Below are positions 1 to 11,900 of a DNA stretch of 32,000 nt, one piece after another. Position 1 is the first letter of the stretch, and every line of letters starts with the position of its first letter. The notes under the pieces are model-generated. The model was not told the origin of the DNA and ran no database searches. It worked only from the letters and a program-made list of their open reading frames with translations. This DNA is from Erysipelotrichaceae bacterium (GTDB lineage: Bacteria > Bacillota_I > Bacilli_A > Erysipelotrichales > Coprobacillaceae): positions 1 to 32,000 of the forward strand of contig JAQVDW010000002.1 in NCBI GenBank assembly GCA_028698185.1, given 5' to 3'. Position numbers and translations under genes: made by a program.

Positions 1-11
1 ATCCAGCCGCT

Positions 12-40
12 TAAGTCAACATCTTTTTTGACTTTTTTAT
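12..40 (+). terminator. Candidate intrinsic terminator of a + strand gene ending at the left window edge
   Basis: AAGTCAA (13-19) pairs with TTGACTT (28-34) as a 7-bp stem with an 8-nt loop, followed by TTTTAT. A TAA at 12-14 overlaps the stem foot, the same stop-in-hairpin layout seen at other terminators here. Only about 4 codons of any upstream ORF are visible, so the gene itself is unconfirmed. Confidence 0.4.
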
Positions 41-251
41 CCAGCTGTCTATCATAGCGCCGTTTGCTTTTTAGCGCTCAATCAATATACCACATCCCTA
101 TCCTCTTGGCAAGGGGATACGGGAAATAAAATTTTAATTTCATACAGTCCACAATCGGCCGCGAAGCGATGAAATTGAATTTACTGCATTTATTGGGATA
201 GGTAATGAATAACCGTCAGCAAACAGGCCGGTTTCAACAATATTAAGGGTA

Positions 252-283
252 CAAAAAAGATCAGGCGCGAGGTCTGATCTTTT
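252..283 (-). terminator. Intrinsic terminator downstream of the PTS EIIA gene
   Basis: AGATCAGGC/GGTCTGATCT forms a 9-bp stem (258-280, one G-U) with a 5-nt loop. On the - strand it is followed by TTTTTTGT. It starts 5 nt after the stop codon at 288-290. Confidence 0.8.
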
Positions 284-287
284 ACGA

Positions 288-596
288 CTATCCAACTTTT
301 TTATATAAGTCGATGAATTCTTGTGCTAAATCGATTACTACCAATGCAGTCATTAAGTGGTCTTGAGCATGAACCATTAATAAGTTTAATGGAGTTTTTT
401 CGCCACGGATTTCAGCTTGGATTAATTCAGTTTGTGAATGGTGAGCTTCATTTACTGTTTCTTTAGCATCTTGTAAAGATTGTTCAGCTTTTTCGATTTC
501 TCCACCTTTAGCGTATTGGATAGCTTCAATAGCTGAGCTACGTGCGCTACCTGCGTTAACGATTAAGTTTATGATTATTTGTTCATTTTGATCCAT
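288..596 (-). CDS. PTS lactose/cellobiose-family EIIA component (102 aa), orphan
   Basis: The size and the three-helix-type sequence (LIVNAGSARS..., MVHAQDHLM) are typical of PTS_IIA_lac/cellobiose EIIA. The SD is AAGGAGAG, 6 nt before the ATG. The gene has its own promoter and terminator. Confidence 0.85.
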   Translation of the reverse strand: MDQNEQIIINLIVNAGSARSSAIEAIQYAKGGEIEKAEQSLQDAKETVNEAHHSQTELIQAEIRGEKTPLNLLMVHAQDHLMTALVVIDLAQEFIDLYKKVG

Positions 597-630
597 TTTA
601 AATCTCTCCTTATCTTTTGTTTACCCTTAC

Positions 631-659
631 ATTTTATCAAATCTCAAGCGTTAAATCAA
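631..659 (-). promoter_or_regulatory. Sigma-A-type promoter of the EIIA gene
   Basis: On the - strand: TTGATT (659-654), 17-nt spacer, TAAAAT (636-631). It lies about 35 nt upstream of the ATG. Confidence 0.6.
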
Positions 660-712
660 TAAGTACCGTACTTATATTATGCATTTTTAATTTTTGAAAA
701 AATCCGGTTCAA

Positions 713-761
713 ACAAAAAAAAGGAGTGGCTGATAAAGATTTCTCTTTATTAGTCACAACC
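713..761 (-). terminator. Intrinsic terminator downstream of tuf
   Basis: A long imperfect hairpin (722-761) has a core ATAAAGA/TCTTTAT plus flanking pairs. On the - strand it is followed by TTTTTTTTGTTT. Two positions are G-U on the + strand RNA but C/A mismatches on the - strand RNA. Confidence 0.7.
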
Positions 762-770
762 TTTTAAATA

Positions 771-1955
771 CTATTCGATAATATCAGAGATATTTCCTGA
801 ACCTACTGTTCTACCACCTTCACGGATTGAGAATTTAGTTCCTTTTTCGATAGCGATTGGGTGAATTAATTCAACGATGATTTCAACGTTGTCACCTGGC
901 ATTACCATTTCCACACCTTCTGGTAACTCGATTACACCAGTGATGTCTGTAGTTCTGAAGTAGAACTGTGGACGGTAGTTAGCGAAGAATGGAGTATGAC
1001 GTCCACCTTCTTCTTTTGATAAAACGTATACTTGAGATTTGAATTTTTTATGAGGAGTAACTGATCCTGGTTTAGCTAATACTTGACCACGGATAATTTC
1101 TTCACGGTTGACACCACGTAATAAAACCCCTACGTTATCTCCTGGTTCTGCGTAATCTAATAATTTACGGAACATTTCGATACCTGTAGCAACTGTTTTA
1201 TGAGTTTCTTTGATACCAACGATTTCTAATTCGTCATTCAATTTCAAAGTTCCACGTTCAACACGTCCAGTAGCAACTGTACCACGTCCAGTGATTGTGA
1301 AAACGTCTTCGACTGGCATCAAGAATGGTTTGTCAGTATCTCTTTCTGGAGTTGGGATATAAGTATCTACAGCTTCCATCAATTCTAAGATAGCTGGAGT
1401 CCATTTTGGATCACCTTCTAATGCTTTTAATGCAGATCCACGGATAACTGGAGTGTCATCACCTGGGAATCCGTATTCATCTAATAATTCACGAACTTCC
1501 ATTTCAACTAGGTCTAATAACTCTTCGTCATCAACCATGTCACATTTGTTCAAGAATACGATAATGTAAGGTACACCTACTTGGCGAGACAATAAGATAT
1601 GTTCGCGTGTTTGTGGCATTGGTCCATCAGTAGCAGCAACTACTAAGATAGCACCGTCCATTTGTGCAGCACCAGTGATCATGTTTTTGATGTAGTCTGC
1701 ATGGCCTGGACAGTCAACGTGTGCGTAGTGACGTGCATCTGTTTGGTATTCAACGTGAGCAGTGTTGATTGTGATTCCACGTTCTTTTTCTTCAGGTGCA
1801 GCATCGATAGCAGCGTAATCCATTGCGTTTGCTTTTCCTTCTTTAGACAAAACTGTTGTAATAGCAGCAGTTAAAGTTGTTTTACCGTGGTCAACGTGAC
1901 CAATAGTTCCAATATTTACGTGCGCTTTCGAGCGGTCAAATTTTTCCTTAGCCAT
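771..1955 (-). CDS. tuf: Elongation factor Tu
   Basis: 394 aa with [14 protein letters not shown] and NKCD GTPase motifs. Full-length EF-Tu signature. The SD is AGGAGG. Confidence 0.99.
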   Translation of the reverse strand: MAKEKFDRSKAHVNIGTIGHVDHGKTTLTAAITTVLSKEGKANAMDYAAIDAAPEEKERGITINTAHVEYQTDARHYAHVDCPGHADYIKNMITGAAQMDGAILVVAATDGPMPQTREHILLSRQVGVPYIIVFLNKCDMVDDEELLDLVEMEVRELLDEYGFPGDDTPVIRGSALKALEGDPKWTPAILELMEAVDTYIPTPERDTDKPFLMPVEDVFTITGRGTVATGRVERGTLKLNDELEIVGIKETHKTVATGIEMFRKLLDYAEPGDNVGVLLRGVNREEIIRGQVLAKPGSVTPHKKFKSQVYVLSKEEGGRHTPFFANYRPQFYFRTTDITGVIELPEGVEMVMPGDNVEIIVELIHPIAIEKGTKFSIREGGRTVGSGNISDIIE

Positions 1956-1991
1956 TTTAAGCTTTTTCCTCCTAATATTTGGTATAACGTA

Positions 1992-2020
1992 ATTTTAAGT
2001 CAAATCTATCGAAAAATCAA
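1992..2020 (-). promoter_or_regulatory. Candidate tuf-specific promoter in the fusA-tuf spacer
   Basis: On the - strand: TTGATT (2020-2015), 17-nt spacer, TAAAAT (1997-1992). These are the same hexamers as the EIIA promoter. Secondary tuf promoters are known in other bacteria. Confidence 0.5.
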
Positions 2021-2051
2021 GAATTAAAGGTACAAAATCATTATTATTTAA

Positions 2052-4124
2052 TTATTTTCCGCCGTTTTTCTTGATTATTTCTTCTCTGATTGATTTAGGT
2101 ACTGGTTCATAACGGTTGAAGATCATAGTGTAGTTTCCACGACCTTGTGTGAATGAACGTAAGTCAGTAGCATAACCGAACATTTCTGATAAAGGCACAG
2201 ATGCTTGAACTAAGATCGCATTACCTCTTTCTTCTTGTCCTTCAATCATACCACGGCGTGATGAAACGTCACCCATTACTGAACCTAAGTATTCAGCTGG
2301 AGCAGTTACTTCTACGGCCATGATTGGTTCTAATATTACAGGATCACATTTTTTAGCAGCAGCTTTTAGAGCCATTGATGCAGCGATCTTGTAAGCAGAT
2401 TCTGATGAATCGACATCATGATATGAACCATCGAATAAAGTTGCTTTAACATCCAATACTGGGTATCCAGCAACGATACCAGTTTGTAATGCATCTTCAA
2501 CCCCAACTCGAATTGAGTTGATGTATTCTCTTGGCACAGATCCACCGACGATTGCGTCAACGAATTCAAATCCTTTACCTTCGTTAGGCTCGAATTTGAT
2601 CCATACGTGACCGTATTGACCACGACCACCAGATTGTTTGATGTATTTACCTTCACACTCAGCTCCTGATGTGATTGTTTCACGGTAAGCAACTTGAGGC
2701 GCCCCAACGTTAGCTTCTACCTTGAATTCGCGTCTTAAACGGTCAACGATGACGTCCAAGTGCAACTCACCCATCCCGGCGATAACTGTATCACCAGTTT
2801 CAGGGTTTGTGAAAGTTCTGAAAGTTGGATCTTCTTCAGCCAATTTAGACAAAGCCAATCCCAATTTGTCTTGGTCTTGTTTTGTTTTTGGCTCGATTGC
2901 CAATTCGATAACTGGTTCTGGGAATTCCATTTTTTCTAGGATTACGAAATTGTTTGGATCACAAATAGTATCACCAGTAGTAGTGTTTTTGAAACCTACT
3001 GCCGCTGCGATATCACCAGCGTAAACGCGATCGATTTCTTCACGTTTGTTGGCATGCATTTGCAGAATACGACCTAGACGTTCTTTTTTGTCTTTAGTCG
3101 AGTTCAATACGTAAGAACCTGAATCTACTGTCCCTGAGTAAACACGGAAGAAAGTCAGTTTTCCTACGAATGGGTCAGTCATGATTTTGAAAGCCAAAGC
3201 AGAGAACGGTTCGTCATCTGAGGCGTGTCTTTCAATATCTTCATCCTTTTCACCAACACCTTTGATGGCAGGGATATCTGTAGGAGCTGGCAAATAATCG
3301 ATTACCGCATCCAACATCAACTGAACACCTTTGTTTTTATAAGCAGAACCGCAAAGTACTGGGAACAATTCAACGGCCAATACACCTTTACGGATAGCGG
3401 CTTTGATTTCTTCTTCAGTAATTTCTTCTTCTTCCAATACTTTCATCATCAAATCATCATCGAATGACGCTGCAGTATCGATCAGGATAGCACGGTATTC
3501 TTCAGCTTGTTCAAGGTATTCCGCAGGGATGTCACGGTATTCTTGTTCTGTACCAACATCGTCTTTATTGTAGACAGCTTTCATTTTGATCAAGTCAATG
3601 ATAGCTTCGAATTCTGTTTCAGCACCGATAGGCAATTGAATGGCAACAGCGTTTGCTCCCAATCTCTTATCTAACGATTCAACTGACATGATAAAGTCCG
3701 CTCCAGTTGCATCCATTTTATTAGCGAATACAATACGAGGAACTTTGTAAGTTGTAGCTTGACGCCAAACTGTTTCAGTTTGTGGTTCAACCCCAGCTTT
3801 TGCATCTAAAACGGTAACAGCACCATCTAATACACGTAATGAACGTTCTACTTCGACAGTGAAGTCAACGTGGCCCGGTGTATCGATAATGTTTACACGG
3901 TGACCCTTCCATTGTGCAGTAGTCGCAGCCGATGTGATGGTAATACCACGTTCTTGTTCCTGTTCCATCCAGTCCATTTGAGAAGCACCTTCATGGGTTT
4001 CTCCAATTTTATGAATACGACCAGTGTAGTAAAGAATACGTTCTGTAGTAGTAGTCTTACCGGCATCGATATGCGCCATGATACCAATGTTACGAGTGTT
4101 TTCTAATGAAAATTCACGTGCCAT
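2052..4124 (-). CDS. fusA: Elongation factor G
   Basis: 690 aa with [14 protein letters not shown] and NKMD motifs and EF-G domains II-V. It sits in the str-operon position between rpsG and tuf. Confidence 0.99.
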   Translation of the reverse strand: MAREFSLENTRNIGIMAHIDAGKTTTTERILYYTGRIHKIGETHEGASQMDWMEQEQERGITITSAATTAQWKGHRVNIIDTPGHVDFTVEVERSLRVLDGAVTVLDAKAGVEPQTETVWRQATTYKVPRIVFANKMDATGADFIMSVESLDKRLGANAVAIQLPIGAETEFEAIIDLIKMKAVYNKDDVGTEQEYRDIPAEYLEQAEEYRAILIDTAASFDDDLMMKVLEEEEITEEEIKAAIRKGVLAVELFPVLCGSAYKNKGVQLMLDAVIDYLPAPTDIPAIKGVGEKDEDIERHASDDEPFSALAFKIMTDPFVGKLTFFRVYSGTVDSGSYVLNSTKDKKERLGRILQMHANKREEIDRVYAGDIAAAVGFKNTTTGDTICDPNNFVILEKMEFPEPVIELAIEPKTKQDQDKLGLALSKLAEEDPTFRTFTNPETGDTVIAGMGELHLDVIVDRLRREFKVEANVGAPQVAYRETITSGAECEGKYIKQSGGRGQYGHVWIKFEPNEGKGFEFVDAIVGGSVPREYINSIRVGVEDALQTGIVAGYPVLDVKATLFDGSYHDVDSSESAYKIAASMALKAAAKKCDPVILEPIMAVEVTAPAEYLGSVMGDVSSRRGMIEGQEERGNAILVQASVPLSEMFGYATDLRSFTQGRGNYTMIFNRYEPVPKSIREEIIKKNGGK

Positions 4125-4148
4125 ATTTTTCTCCTTATTTTGTTTATA

Positions 4149-4619
4149 TTACCAACGGAAATGTGCAAATGCTTTATTAGCTTCTGCCATTTTATGAGTG
4201 TCTTCTTTCTTCTTAACTGAAGCACCTGTTCCGTTTGATGCGTCAACAATTTCGTTAGCCAAACGGTCAATCATAGTTGATTCGTTTCTCAAACGAGAAT
4301 AGTTAACTAACCATCTTAAGCCTAAAGTCATACGTCTTTCGTTTGATACTTCAACCGGCACTTGGTAGTTTGCCCCACCTACACGTCTAACTTTAAGTTC
4401 CAAAACTGGCATGATGTTGTTGATTGCTTGATCAAAAACTTCCATTGCTGGTTTTCCTGATTTAGCTTCAACTTTAGTGAATGCTTCGTATAAGATGTTT
4501 TGAGCAACACCTTTTTTACCGTCAAGCATAATGTTGTTGATTAATTTAGTAATTGTTTTTGAGTTATACACCGGATCAGGTAATACATCTCTTTTTCCAA
4601 TACGTCCTTTTCTTGACAT
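4149..4619 (-). CDS. rpsG: 30S ribosomal protein S7
   Basis: 156 aa with a typical S7 sequence (MSRKG...LPDP.Y...). The SD is GGAGGA. Confidence 0.98.
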   Translation of the reverse strand: MSRKGRIGKRDVLPDPVYNSKTITKLINNIMLDGKKGVAQNILYEAFTKVEAKSGKPAMEVFDQAINNIMPVLELKVRRVGGANYQVPVEVSNERRMTLGLRWLVNYSRLRNESTMIDRLANEIVDASNGTGASVKKKEDTHKMAEANKAFAHFRW

Positions 4620-4663
4620 TACTATATCCTCCTTCTTTAAATTTTACTGAACATTTCGCTTAA

Positions 4664-5077
4664 TTAAGCTTTTGGTCTTTTTGTTCCGTATAATGAACGA
4701 CCTTGTTTACGGTTGTTAACCCCAGCACAGTCCATTGTACCACGAATAATATGGTAACGAACCCCTGGTAAGTCTTTAACACGTCCTCCACGAATCAACA
4801 CAACGCTATGCTCTTGCAAGTTGTGACCAATTCCTGGAATATATGCTGTTACTTCCATTCCGTTAGATAATCTAACACGGGCATATTTACGTAAAGCCGA
4901 GTTTGGTTTTTTAGGTGTCATGGTAGCAACACGTGTACAAACACCACGTTTTTGAGGTGAGCTTGTAAGAGTTGATTTCTTAGCAATTGAGTTGAAACCT
5001 CTGTTTAACGCTGGTGATTTTGATTTACTTGTTTTGTCTGAACGACCTTGTCTAACTAATTGATTGATAGTTGGCAT
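4664..5077 (-). CDS. rpsL: 30S ribosomal protein S12
   Basis: 137 aa beginning MPTINQL, with the [10 protein letters not shown] motif. Confidence 0.98.
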   Translation of the reverse strand: MPTINQLVRQGRSDKTSKSKSPALNRGFNSIAKKSTLTSSPQKRGVCTRVATMTPKKPNSALRKYARVRLSNGMEVTAYIPGIGHNLQEHSVVLIRGGRVKDLPGVRYHIIRGTMDCAGVNNRKQGRSLYGTKRPKA

Positions 5078-5166
5078 TTCTTATCTCCTTTCTTCGAATC
5101 TAACACACAATTCCGGGTGTTTCACTTTATTAAATTCAATTTATGTCTAAAGTAGACACCTATGTG

Positions 5167-5195
5167 AATATACAATATTTATTTGATATTGTCAA
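5167..5195 (-). promoter_or_regulatory. Sigma-A-type promoter of rpsL-rpsG-fusA-tuf
   Basis: On the - strand: TTGACA (5195-5190), 17-nt spacer, TATATT (5172-5167). It lies about 85 nt upstream of the rpsL ATG and directly downstream of the rpoC terminator. Confidence 0.7.
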
Positions 5196-5209
5196 TATAA
5201 TTATTGAAA

Positions 5210-5252
5210 TATTAAAAAAATATTAGAACCTCCAAAAAATCAGAGGTTCTAA
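5210..5252 (-). terminator. Intrinsic terminator downstream of rpoC
   Basis: TTAGAACCTC (5223-5232) pairs with GAGGTTCTAA (5243-5252) as a 10-bp stem with a 10-nt loop. On the - strand it is followed by TATTTTTTTAAT. It begins 7 nt after the rpoC stop. Confidence 0.75.
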
Positions 5253-5259
5253 TTGATTA

Positions 5260-8200
5260 TTAATCCAAGTCGATGTCTGTATCGATCTGTTCATATGATT
5301 GCAGGAACGAATCGATATCCGGAGCATCAAGATCTGTCAAGGTATTTTTTGGTTCCTCGACAACTTCATTCGGATCCACCAACGGACCACGGATACCCGT
5401 ACCGGCTGGAAGCAGTTTTCCAATCAGGACATTTTCCTTCAATCCTTTGAGGTGATCCACTTTGCCTTTGATTGCAGCATCTGTCAGAATCTTGGTAGTT
5501 TCCTGGAATGATGCGGCAGACAAGAATGAATCAGTTTCCAATGAGGCTTTGGTTATCCCAAGAAGCATCGGTTTACCTACGGCTGGACGGTTACCTTTTG
5601 CCAGAGTTTCCTTGTTCAACTCGGTGAACGTAGTCACATTGACATGGGTACCCGGCAGGACATTGGTATCTCCACCTTCGACAACGATCATCTTCTTGAG
5701 CATTTGTTTGACGATGATTTCGATATGCTTGTCTGAAATCTCAATCCCTTGAAGTCGGTATACTTGCTGAACTTCCTGGATGATGTATTCTTCGACAGTT
5801 TCCATATCGGCTACCGCCAACAGTTCCTTAGGATCGACTGAACCTTTGGTAAGCTTTTGTCCAACGACTACTTCGTCATTGATACTTACCGAAAGTTTGG
5901 CACTGTAAGGTGCTAAATAGCTGCGAGTTTCCAGATTGTTGGCAACAACGATTTCCTTACGTTCATGGTCGCTGCCAATGATGTCAATGACAGTACCTTT
6001 GATTTCGGAAATCAATGATTTCGCTTTTGGATTGCGCGCTTCGAACAACTCCTGAATACGCGGCAAACCTTGGGTGATATCGGTACCACCGGCTACCCCA
6101 CCTTCATGGAACGTACGCATGGTCAGCTGCGTACCTGGCTCACCGATAGATTGGGCGGCCATAATACCAACTGCCTCACCAACTTCAACGACTTCGCCAG
6201 TGGCTAGGTTTTTACCGTAACATTTTTGACAAACGCCAGATTTAGAAGCACATCCTAAAACCGAGCGGATTTCAACCGCTTCAATACCAGCATCGATGAT
6301 ATCGTTTGCGGATTGTTCCAGAATCAATTCATCGGCAGCGATAATCAATTCATTGGTTATTGGATGGTAGATGTTTTTGCAAGAGTAGCGGCCAACCAGA
6401 CGGTCGTAAAGTGGCACAACCACGTTCTTGTCATCAGGATTCAATAATGCAGTAACAACCAGTCCGCGGTCAGTTCCGCAATCCTCTTCCGATATGATGA
6501 TTTCTTGGGCAACGTCAACAAGACGTCTTGTCAAGTATCCTGAATCGGCTGTCTTAAGAGCCGTATCGGTAGAACCTTTACGGGCCCCATGGGTAGACTG
6601 GAAGAATTCCGATGCGGTCAGACCTTCCCTGAAGGAAGACTTGATTGGAATTTCCATCGCTTCCCCTCGGGTATTCGACATCAGACCACGCATCCCAACA
6701 AGCTGGGTAAAGTTTGATAACGATCCACGGGCACCTGAGTCGGACATGATGAAGATCGGGTTGCGATCGTCAGCCTCGAACTCTTTACGTACGATTTCCT
6801 GAACGTCATTCTTTACAGTTGACCAAAGTTTGATTACTGAGTTGTAACGTTCATCTTCGGTGTAAAGACCTTTTGCATAGAAATTGTTGATCATATCGAG
6901 ATGGTCATCGGCCACATGGAACAGTTCATATTTTTCTTCAGGAACCTGGATATCGTAAATCGATACTGTGATTCCGGCAATTGTAGAGTAGTAGAAACCT
7001 TGATCTTTAAGTTTGTCAAGCATTGTAGAAGTTTCGCTCATCGGACGATTTTTAAACATTTCGTTGATGATTTTTCCTAACGCTTTCTTTCCTAAAGGTT
7101 TGATGATTTCCTGGTTTTCAATAAATTCTTTGAGATTTGTCCCCATTGGAGCGAAATATTTGTCCGGTGTTGCAATAAGGTTTTCTTGGGAACCGTCATT
7201 GATGAACGGGAATTGCCCTGAGAAAATCTCATTGAAGATTATTTTACCTACCGAAGTGATCAGGTAAGAGTTGTTTTGGTCGTCAGTGAACGTGACATTG
7301 TTCAAACTTGAAGCGCGGATAGCCACACGGGTGTGGAGTTCAACCGTCTTCGAATAATACGCTTGAAGAACTTCGTTACGATCGACGAAAACAGTTCCTT
7401 CCCCGATGGCACCTTTGTCTTCCAAAGTCAGATAATAGTTACCAAGGACCATATCCTGAGAAGGGGTAACGATTGGTTTTCCGTCCTTTGGCCCCAAGAT
7501 ATTGCTTGAACCAAGCATCAGCTGACGCGCTTCCTGGATTGCTTCTGGTCCCAAAGGTACATGGACCGCCATTTGGTCACCGTCGAAATCGGCATTGAAA
7601 GCTGGCGTAACCAATGGGTGAAGACGGATTGCCCGTCCTTCAACCAATTTAGGTTCGAAGGCTTGGATACCCAAACGGTGCAATGTCGGCGCCCGGTTCA
7701 ACAGGACCGGATGTTCTTTGATGACATCTTCGACAATCGGCCAGATGACGTCATCCATTTTGTCAATCAGACGTTCAGCCGATTTGATGTTGCTGGCGAT
7801 TTCGCGTTCAACAAGACCGTGGATTACGAAAGGCTTGAACAGGTTCAATGCCATCTCACGTGGGATCCCGCATTGGTACATTTTCAAAGTAGGTCCTACC
7901 GCGATTACCGAACGTCCAGAGTAGTCAACACGTTTACCCAAAAGGTTTTGACGGAAACGCCCTTGTTTCCCTTTGAGAGAGTGGCTAAGCGATTTGAGCG
8001 CCCGCCCTCCGGCACCGGTGATAGGTTTTGAACGACGTCCATTGTCAATCAGCGCATCAACCGCTTCTTGAAGCATCCGCTTTTCATTTTGTACGATGAT
8101 CGAAGGCGTCCCCAGTTCCAACAGTTTTTTCAAACGGTTGTTTCTGGTGATTACCCTGCGGTATAAATCGTTAAGATCTGAAGTCGCGAAACGACCACCA

Positions 8201-8934
8201 TCAAGTTGCAACATCGGGCGCAAATCAGGAGGAATGACCGGAAGAACATCCATGATCATCCATTCAGGATCATTTGATGAAGATCTGAAAGCTTCGATCG
8301 CTTCCAATCTTTTCAATAATTTTGTTCTTTTTTGTCCCTGAGCTTCTTTAAGGGCAGCAGATATTTCATTGAATTCCGCTTCCAAATCCACTTGGGTCAA
8401 CAATGTTTTTACTGCGGCCGCTCCGATTTGAGCGTCGAAAGTATCGCCGAACTGTTCAAGACATTTACGGTAATCTCTTTCTGCAAGAACCTGTTTGTAT
8501 TCCAGAGGAGTGGTTCCCGGGTCAACAACAACGTAAGAAACGAAATAAATGATTTCTTCAAGTTGCTTTGGAGACATATCCAGGACAAGACCCATTCTAG
8601 ATGGAATCCCTTTTAAATACCAGATATGGGCAACAGGGGTTGCCAACTCAATATGCCCCATGCGTTCGCGGCGTACCGCTGCTTTGGTTACTTCAACCCC
8701 ACAGCGGTCGCATACAACGCCCTTGTAACGAACTTTTTTGTACTTCCCACAGCTACATTCCCAGTCTTTTGAAGGACCAAAGATTCGTTCACAGAACAAA
8801 CCATCTTTTTCTGGTTTTTGAGAACGGTAATTGATAGTCTCAGGTTTTTTTACCTCACCATATGACCATTCCCGAATCTTGTCAGGAGATGCTAAACCTA
8901 TTTGAATTGATGAGAAATTGTTATTGCTTGCCAT
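5260..8934 (-). CDS. rpoC: DNA-directed RNA polymerase subunit beta'
   Basis: About 1224 aa with the NADFDGD catalytic motif and zinc-binding cysteines ([14 protein letters not shown]). The ORF track starts at a TTG (8937). The ATG at 8934 has better spacing (6 nt) from the GGAGGG SD, which overlaps the rpoB stop. Confidence 0.97.
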   Translation of the reverse strand: MASNNNFSSIQIGLASPDKIREWSYGEVKKPETINYRSQKPEKDGLFCERIFGPSKDWECSCGKYKKVRYKGVVCDRCGVEVTKAAVRRERMGHIELATPVAHIWYLKGIPSRMGLVLDMSPKQLEEIIYFVSYVVVDPGTTPLEYKQVLAERDYRKCLEQFGDTFDAQIGAAAVKTLLTQVDLEAEFNEISAALKEAQGQKRTKLLKRLEAIEAFRSSSNDPEWMIMDVLPVIPPDLRPMLQLDGGRFATSDLNDLYRRVITRNNRLKKLLELGTPSIIVQNEKRMLQEAVDALIDNGRRSKPITGAGGRALKSLSHSLKGKQGRFRQNLLGKRVDYSGRSVIAVGPTLKMYQCGIPREMALNLFKPFVIHGLVEREIASNIKSAERLIDKMDDVIWPIVEDVIKEHPVLLNRAPTLHRLGIQAFEPKLVEGRAIRLHPLVTPAFNADFDGDQMAVHVPLGPEAIQEARQLMLGSSNILGPKDGKPIVTPSQDMVLGNYYLTLEDKGAIGEGTVFVDRNEVLQAYYSKTVELHTRVAIRASSLNNVTFTDDQNNSYLITSVGKIIFNEIFSGQFPFINDGSQENLIATPDKYFAPMGTNLKEFIENQEIIKPLGKKALGKIINEMFKNRPMSETSTMLDKLKDQGFYYSTIAGITVSIYDIQVPEEKYELFHVADDHLDMINNFYAKGLYTEDERYNSVIKLWSTVKNDVQEIVRKEFEADDRNPIFIMSDSGARGSLSNFTQLVGMRGLMSNTRGEAMEIPIKSSFREGLTASEFFQSTHGARKGSTDTALKTADSGYLTRRLVDVAQEIIISEEDCGTDRGLVVTALLNPDDKNVVVPLYDRLVGRYSCKNIYHPITNELIIAADELILEQSANDIIDAGIEAVEIRSVLGCASKSGVCQKCYGKNLATGEVVEVGEAVGIMAAQSIGEPGTQLTMRTFHEGGVAGGTDITQGLPRIQELFEARNPKAKSLISEIKGTVIDIIGSDHERKEIVVANNLETRSYLAPYSAKLSVSINDEVVVGQKLTKGSVDPKELLAVADMETVEEYIIQEVQQVYRLQGIEISDKHIEIIVKQMLKKMIVVEGGDTNVLPGTHVNVTTFTELNKETLAKGNRPAVGKPMLLGITKASLETDSFLSAASFQETTKILTDAAIKGKVDHLKGLKENVLIGKLLPAGTGIRGPLVDPNEVVEEPKNTLTDLDAPDIDSFLQSYEQIDTDIDLD

Positions 8935-8945
8935 CAAATTCCCTC

Positions 8946-11900
8946 CTATAAATCACTTTCGTCTTCTTCTTCATCGTCTTCTTCGTCGAAGTCGATTTCA
9001 TCAATAGAATCATCAAGAATTTCATCTAAATCATCAAAATCCGAAGTTTCATCATCGAAGTCATCATCCTCATCGTCAATATCTTCTTCAAAATCTTCTT
9101 CTTCATCTTCTTCTATTTTTTCTTCTCTATGGGTATCGCGGTCAATCGATTTAGGGAAACGACGTTCTTCATCCTCGATATTGCGCATACCTACTTCATT
9201 TCCTTCATCATCGAGTAATCTGAAGTCCAAAGCCAAGGCTTGCAATTCCTTCTTCAATACTCTGAATGATTCTGGCAACCCTGGTTCTGGCAGTGGCATA
9301 CCTTTGACGATTGCTTCATACGTTTTTACACGACCGACAACGTCATCGGATTTGACAGTAAGGATTTCACGTAAAGTATAGGCAGCCCCATATGCTTCAA
9401 GGGCCCAAACTTCCATCTCCCCAAACCTTTGTCCACCGTTTTGAGCTTTACCACCAAGCGGCTGTTGAGTTACCAGAGAGTAAGGTCCGACTGAACGGGC
9501 ATGCAATTTATCGTCAACCATGTGGGCCAACTTGATCATATACATAACCCCAACGGAGATTTTAGAATCGAAATATTCTCCCGTTTTTCCGGAAATCACA
9601 CTCTGTTTACCGTCTTTCGACATACCCGCTTCTTCCATTGCCGCTTCCAAATCTTGTCGATTCAGTCCGTCGAAGGCCGGAGTCGCCACATACATTCCAA
9701 GTTCACGACATGCATAACCAAGGTGCAATTCAAGCACCTGCCCGATATTCATACGTGATGGTACCCCTAATGGGTTCAACATGATGTCCAAAGGTGTTCC
9801 ATCTTCCAAGTGAGGCATGTCCTCAACAGGCAAGATTCGCGAAATTACCCCTTTGTTTCCATGGCGTCCCGCCATCTTGTCCCCTTCGGATATCTTTCTT
9901 TTTTGAACGATGTAAACTTTTACTACCTTGTTTACTCCAGGTTGCAGCTCATCACCGTTTTTACGAGAGAATACCTTGATATCGTGGATGATACCTGCCC
10001 CACCATGTGGAACACGTAGCGAGTTGTCTTTGACTTCGCGTGATTTTTCACCAAAGATCGCCAACAACAGTTTTTCTTCAGCTGAAAGTTCAGCCTGACC
10101 TTTAGGAGTTACCTTACCGACAAGGATATCCCCTTCTTTAACCTCAGCACCGATCATGATGATACCGTCCGAGTTGAGATATTTGCGGGCTTCTTCCCCA
10201 ACGTTAGGGATGTCGCGGGTAATCTCTTCTGGGCCTAATTTTGTGTCACGGCACTCGATTGCATATTCATCGATATGGATTGATGTATAAACATCGTCCT
10301 TGACAAGTCTTTCAGACATGATGATCGCATCTTCATAGTTGTAACCGTTCCATGTCATGAAACCGACAAGCACGTTTTGCCCCAAGGCCAACTCGCCTTG
10401 TTCCATCGCCGGACCATCTGCAAGAACCTGGTTTTGATGGATTTTTTCACCGACTTTCACAATCGGTTTATGATTGATGCAAGTACCATTATTGGAAATT
10501 GCGAATTTGGCTAGACGATAAGTCCGTTCACCATTTGCGCTGGCGATGATTATTTTTCTTGAATCAACGTAAGTAACTACACCAGCTTCTTCTGAAACAA
10601 CCGCAGCACCTGAATCGCGCGCCGCCTGATGTTCCATCCCAGTCCCTACAAAAGGGGTGTGAGGATTCAATAAAGGCACCGCCTGCCGCTGCATGTTGGC
10701 CCCCATCAACGCACGCGTAGCATCATCGTTTTCTAAGAATGGAATACAAGAAGTCGCAACGGATACGATCTGTTTAGGCGAGATGTCGATGAAATCAACA
10801 TCTTCACGGTTAGCTAGGATATTTTCACCAAAGTGACGGGCGATTACCTGGTCTTCAACCAATTCACCGTTTTCCCCAACAACCACTTTTGCTTGGGCGA
10901 TAATGTAATTTTTTTCTTCATCCGCAGTAAGATAACGGATATCACTCTCATCAATGATTGTGTTGTTTACTTTACGATATGGAGTCTCAATAAAACCATA
11001 ACGATTTATCTTCGCATAAGACGCCAAAGTCGAGATCAATCCGATATTTGGACCTTCAGGCGTTTCAATCGGACAGATCCGGCCGTAGTGAGACGGATGG
11101 ACGTCACGGACCTCATAACCGGCACGGTCACGTGAAAGACCACCAGGCCCCAACGCAGAAAGACGACGTTTGTTCGTAAGTTCCGCAAGCGGATTGATTT
11201 GATCCATGAATTGTGACAGCTGTGAAGACGAGAAGAACTCCTTGATTGCCGCAGTCAATGGCCGGATATTGGTCAATTTTTGCGGTGTCATAGCTTCTTC
11301 CTGGTTGGTTGTCATTCTTTCTTTAACAACTCTTTCCATACGCGAAAGACCGATTCTGAATTGGTTTTGGATCAATTCACCAACCGAACGGACACGACGG
11401 TTACCCAAATGATCGATGTCATCAAGCAAACCGATTCTTGACATCGAGTTTACGCGGGCTTCTGAAGACAATTCATAAGAGTTGTAAATATCATAGATAT
11501 TCAACATATATGAATATGCGGCAACAATGTCAGATATCGTGATGAATTTACCATCAAGTGACAAGTCAGTTCCGATAACACGCATCACCTTGTTGTCATC
11601 CATCGGGATTTCGCGGTCAAAATTGATATAAACATCAAGGTATTGAACCGTATCTGTCGATTTCAGGTTTTCATTCACCTTGATAGTATGTCTGTGCGCA
11701 CCTGCCTGTAGCGCTTTGTTTACAACGTCCAGGTTTGCAGAGGTGATTTTTGTCCCTTTTTCCAAAAGAACTTCACCCTCAACACTCACCAGATCCTGAG
11801 CCAGGACCCGACCGTTGATTCTTTCCAAAACGTTTAGCTTGCGGTTGATTTTGAAACGCCCCGCTTTAGCCAAATCATAACGTTTGGGATCGAAGAATTT

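Noticed and set aside
8949-9116. GAA/GAT-rich repetitive DNA that could be mistaken for a repeat array or CRISPR-like structure
   Set aside because: It has no repeat/spacer periodicity. It is an in-frame low-complexity coding tract, the acidic tail of RpoB.
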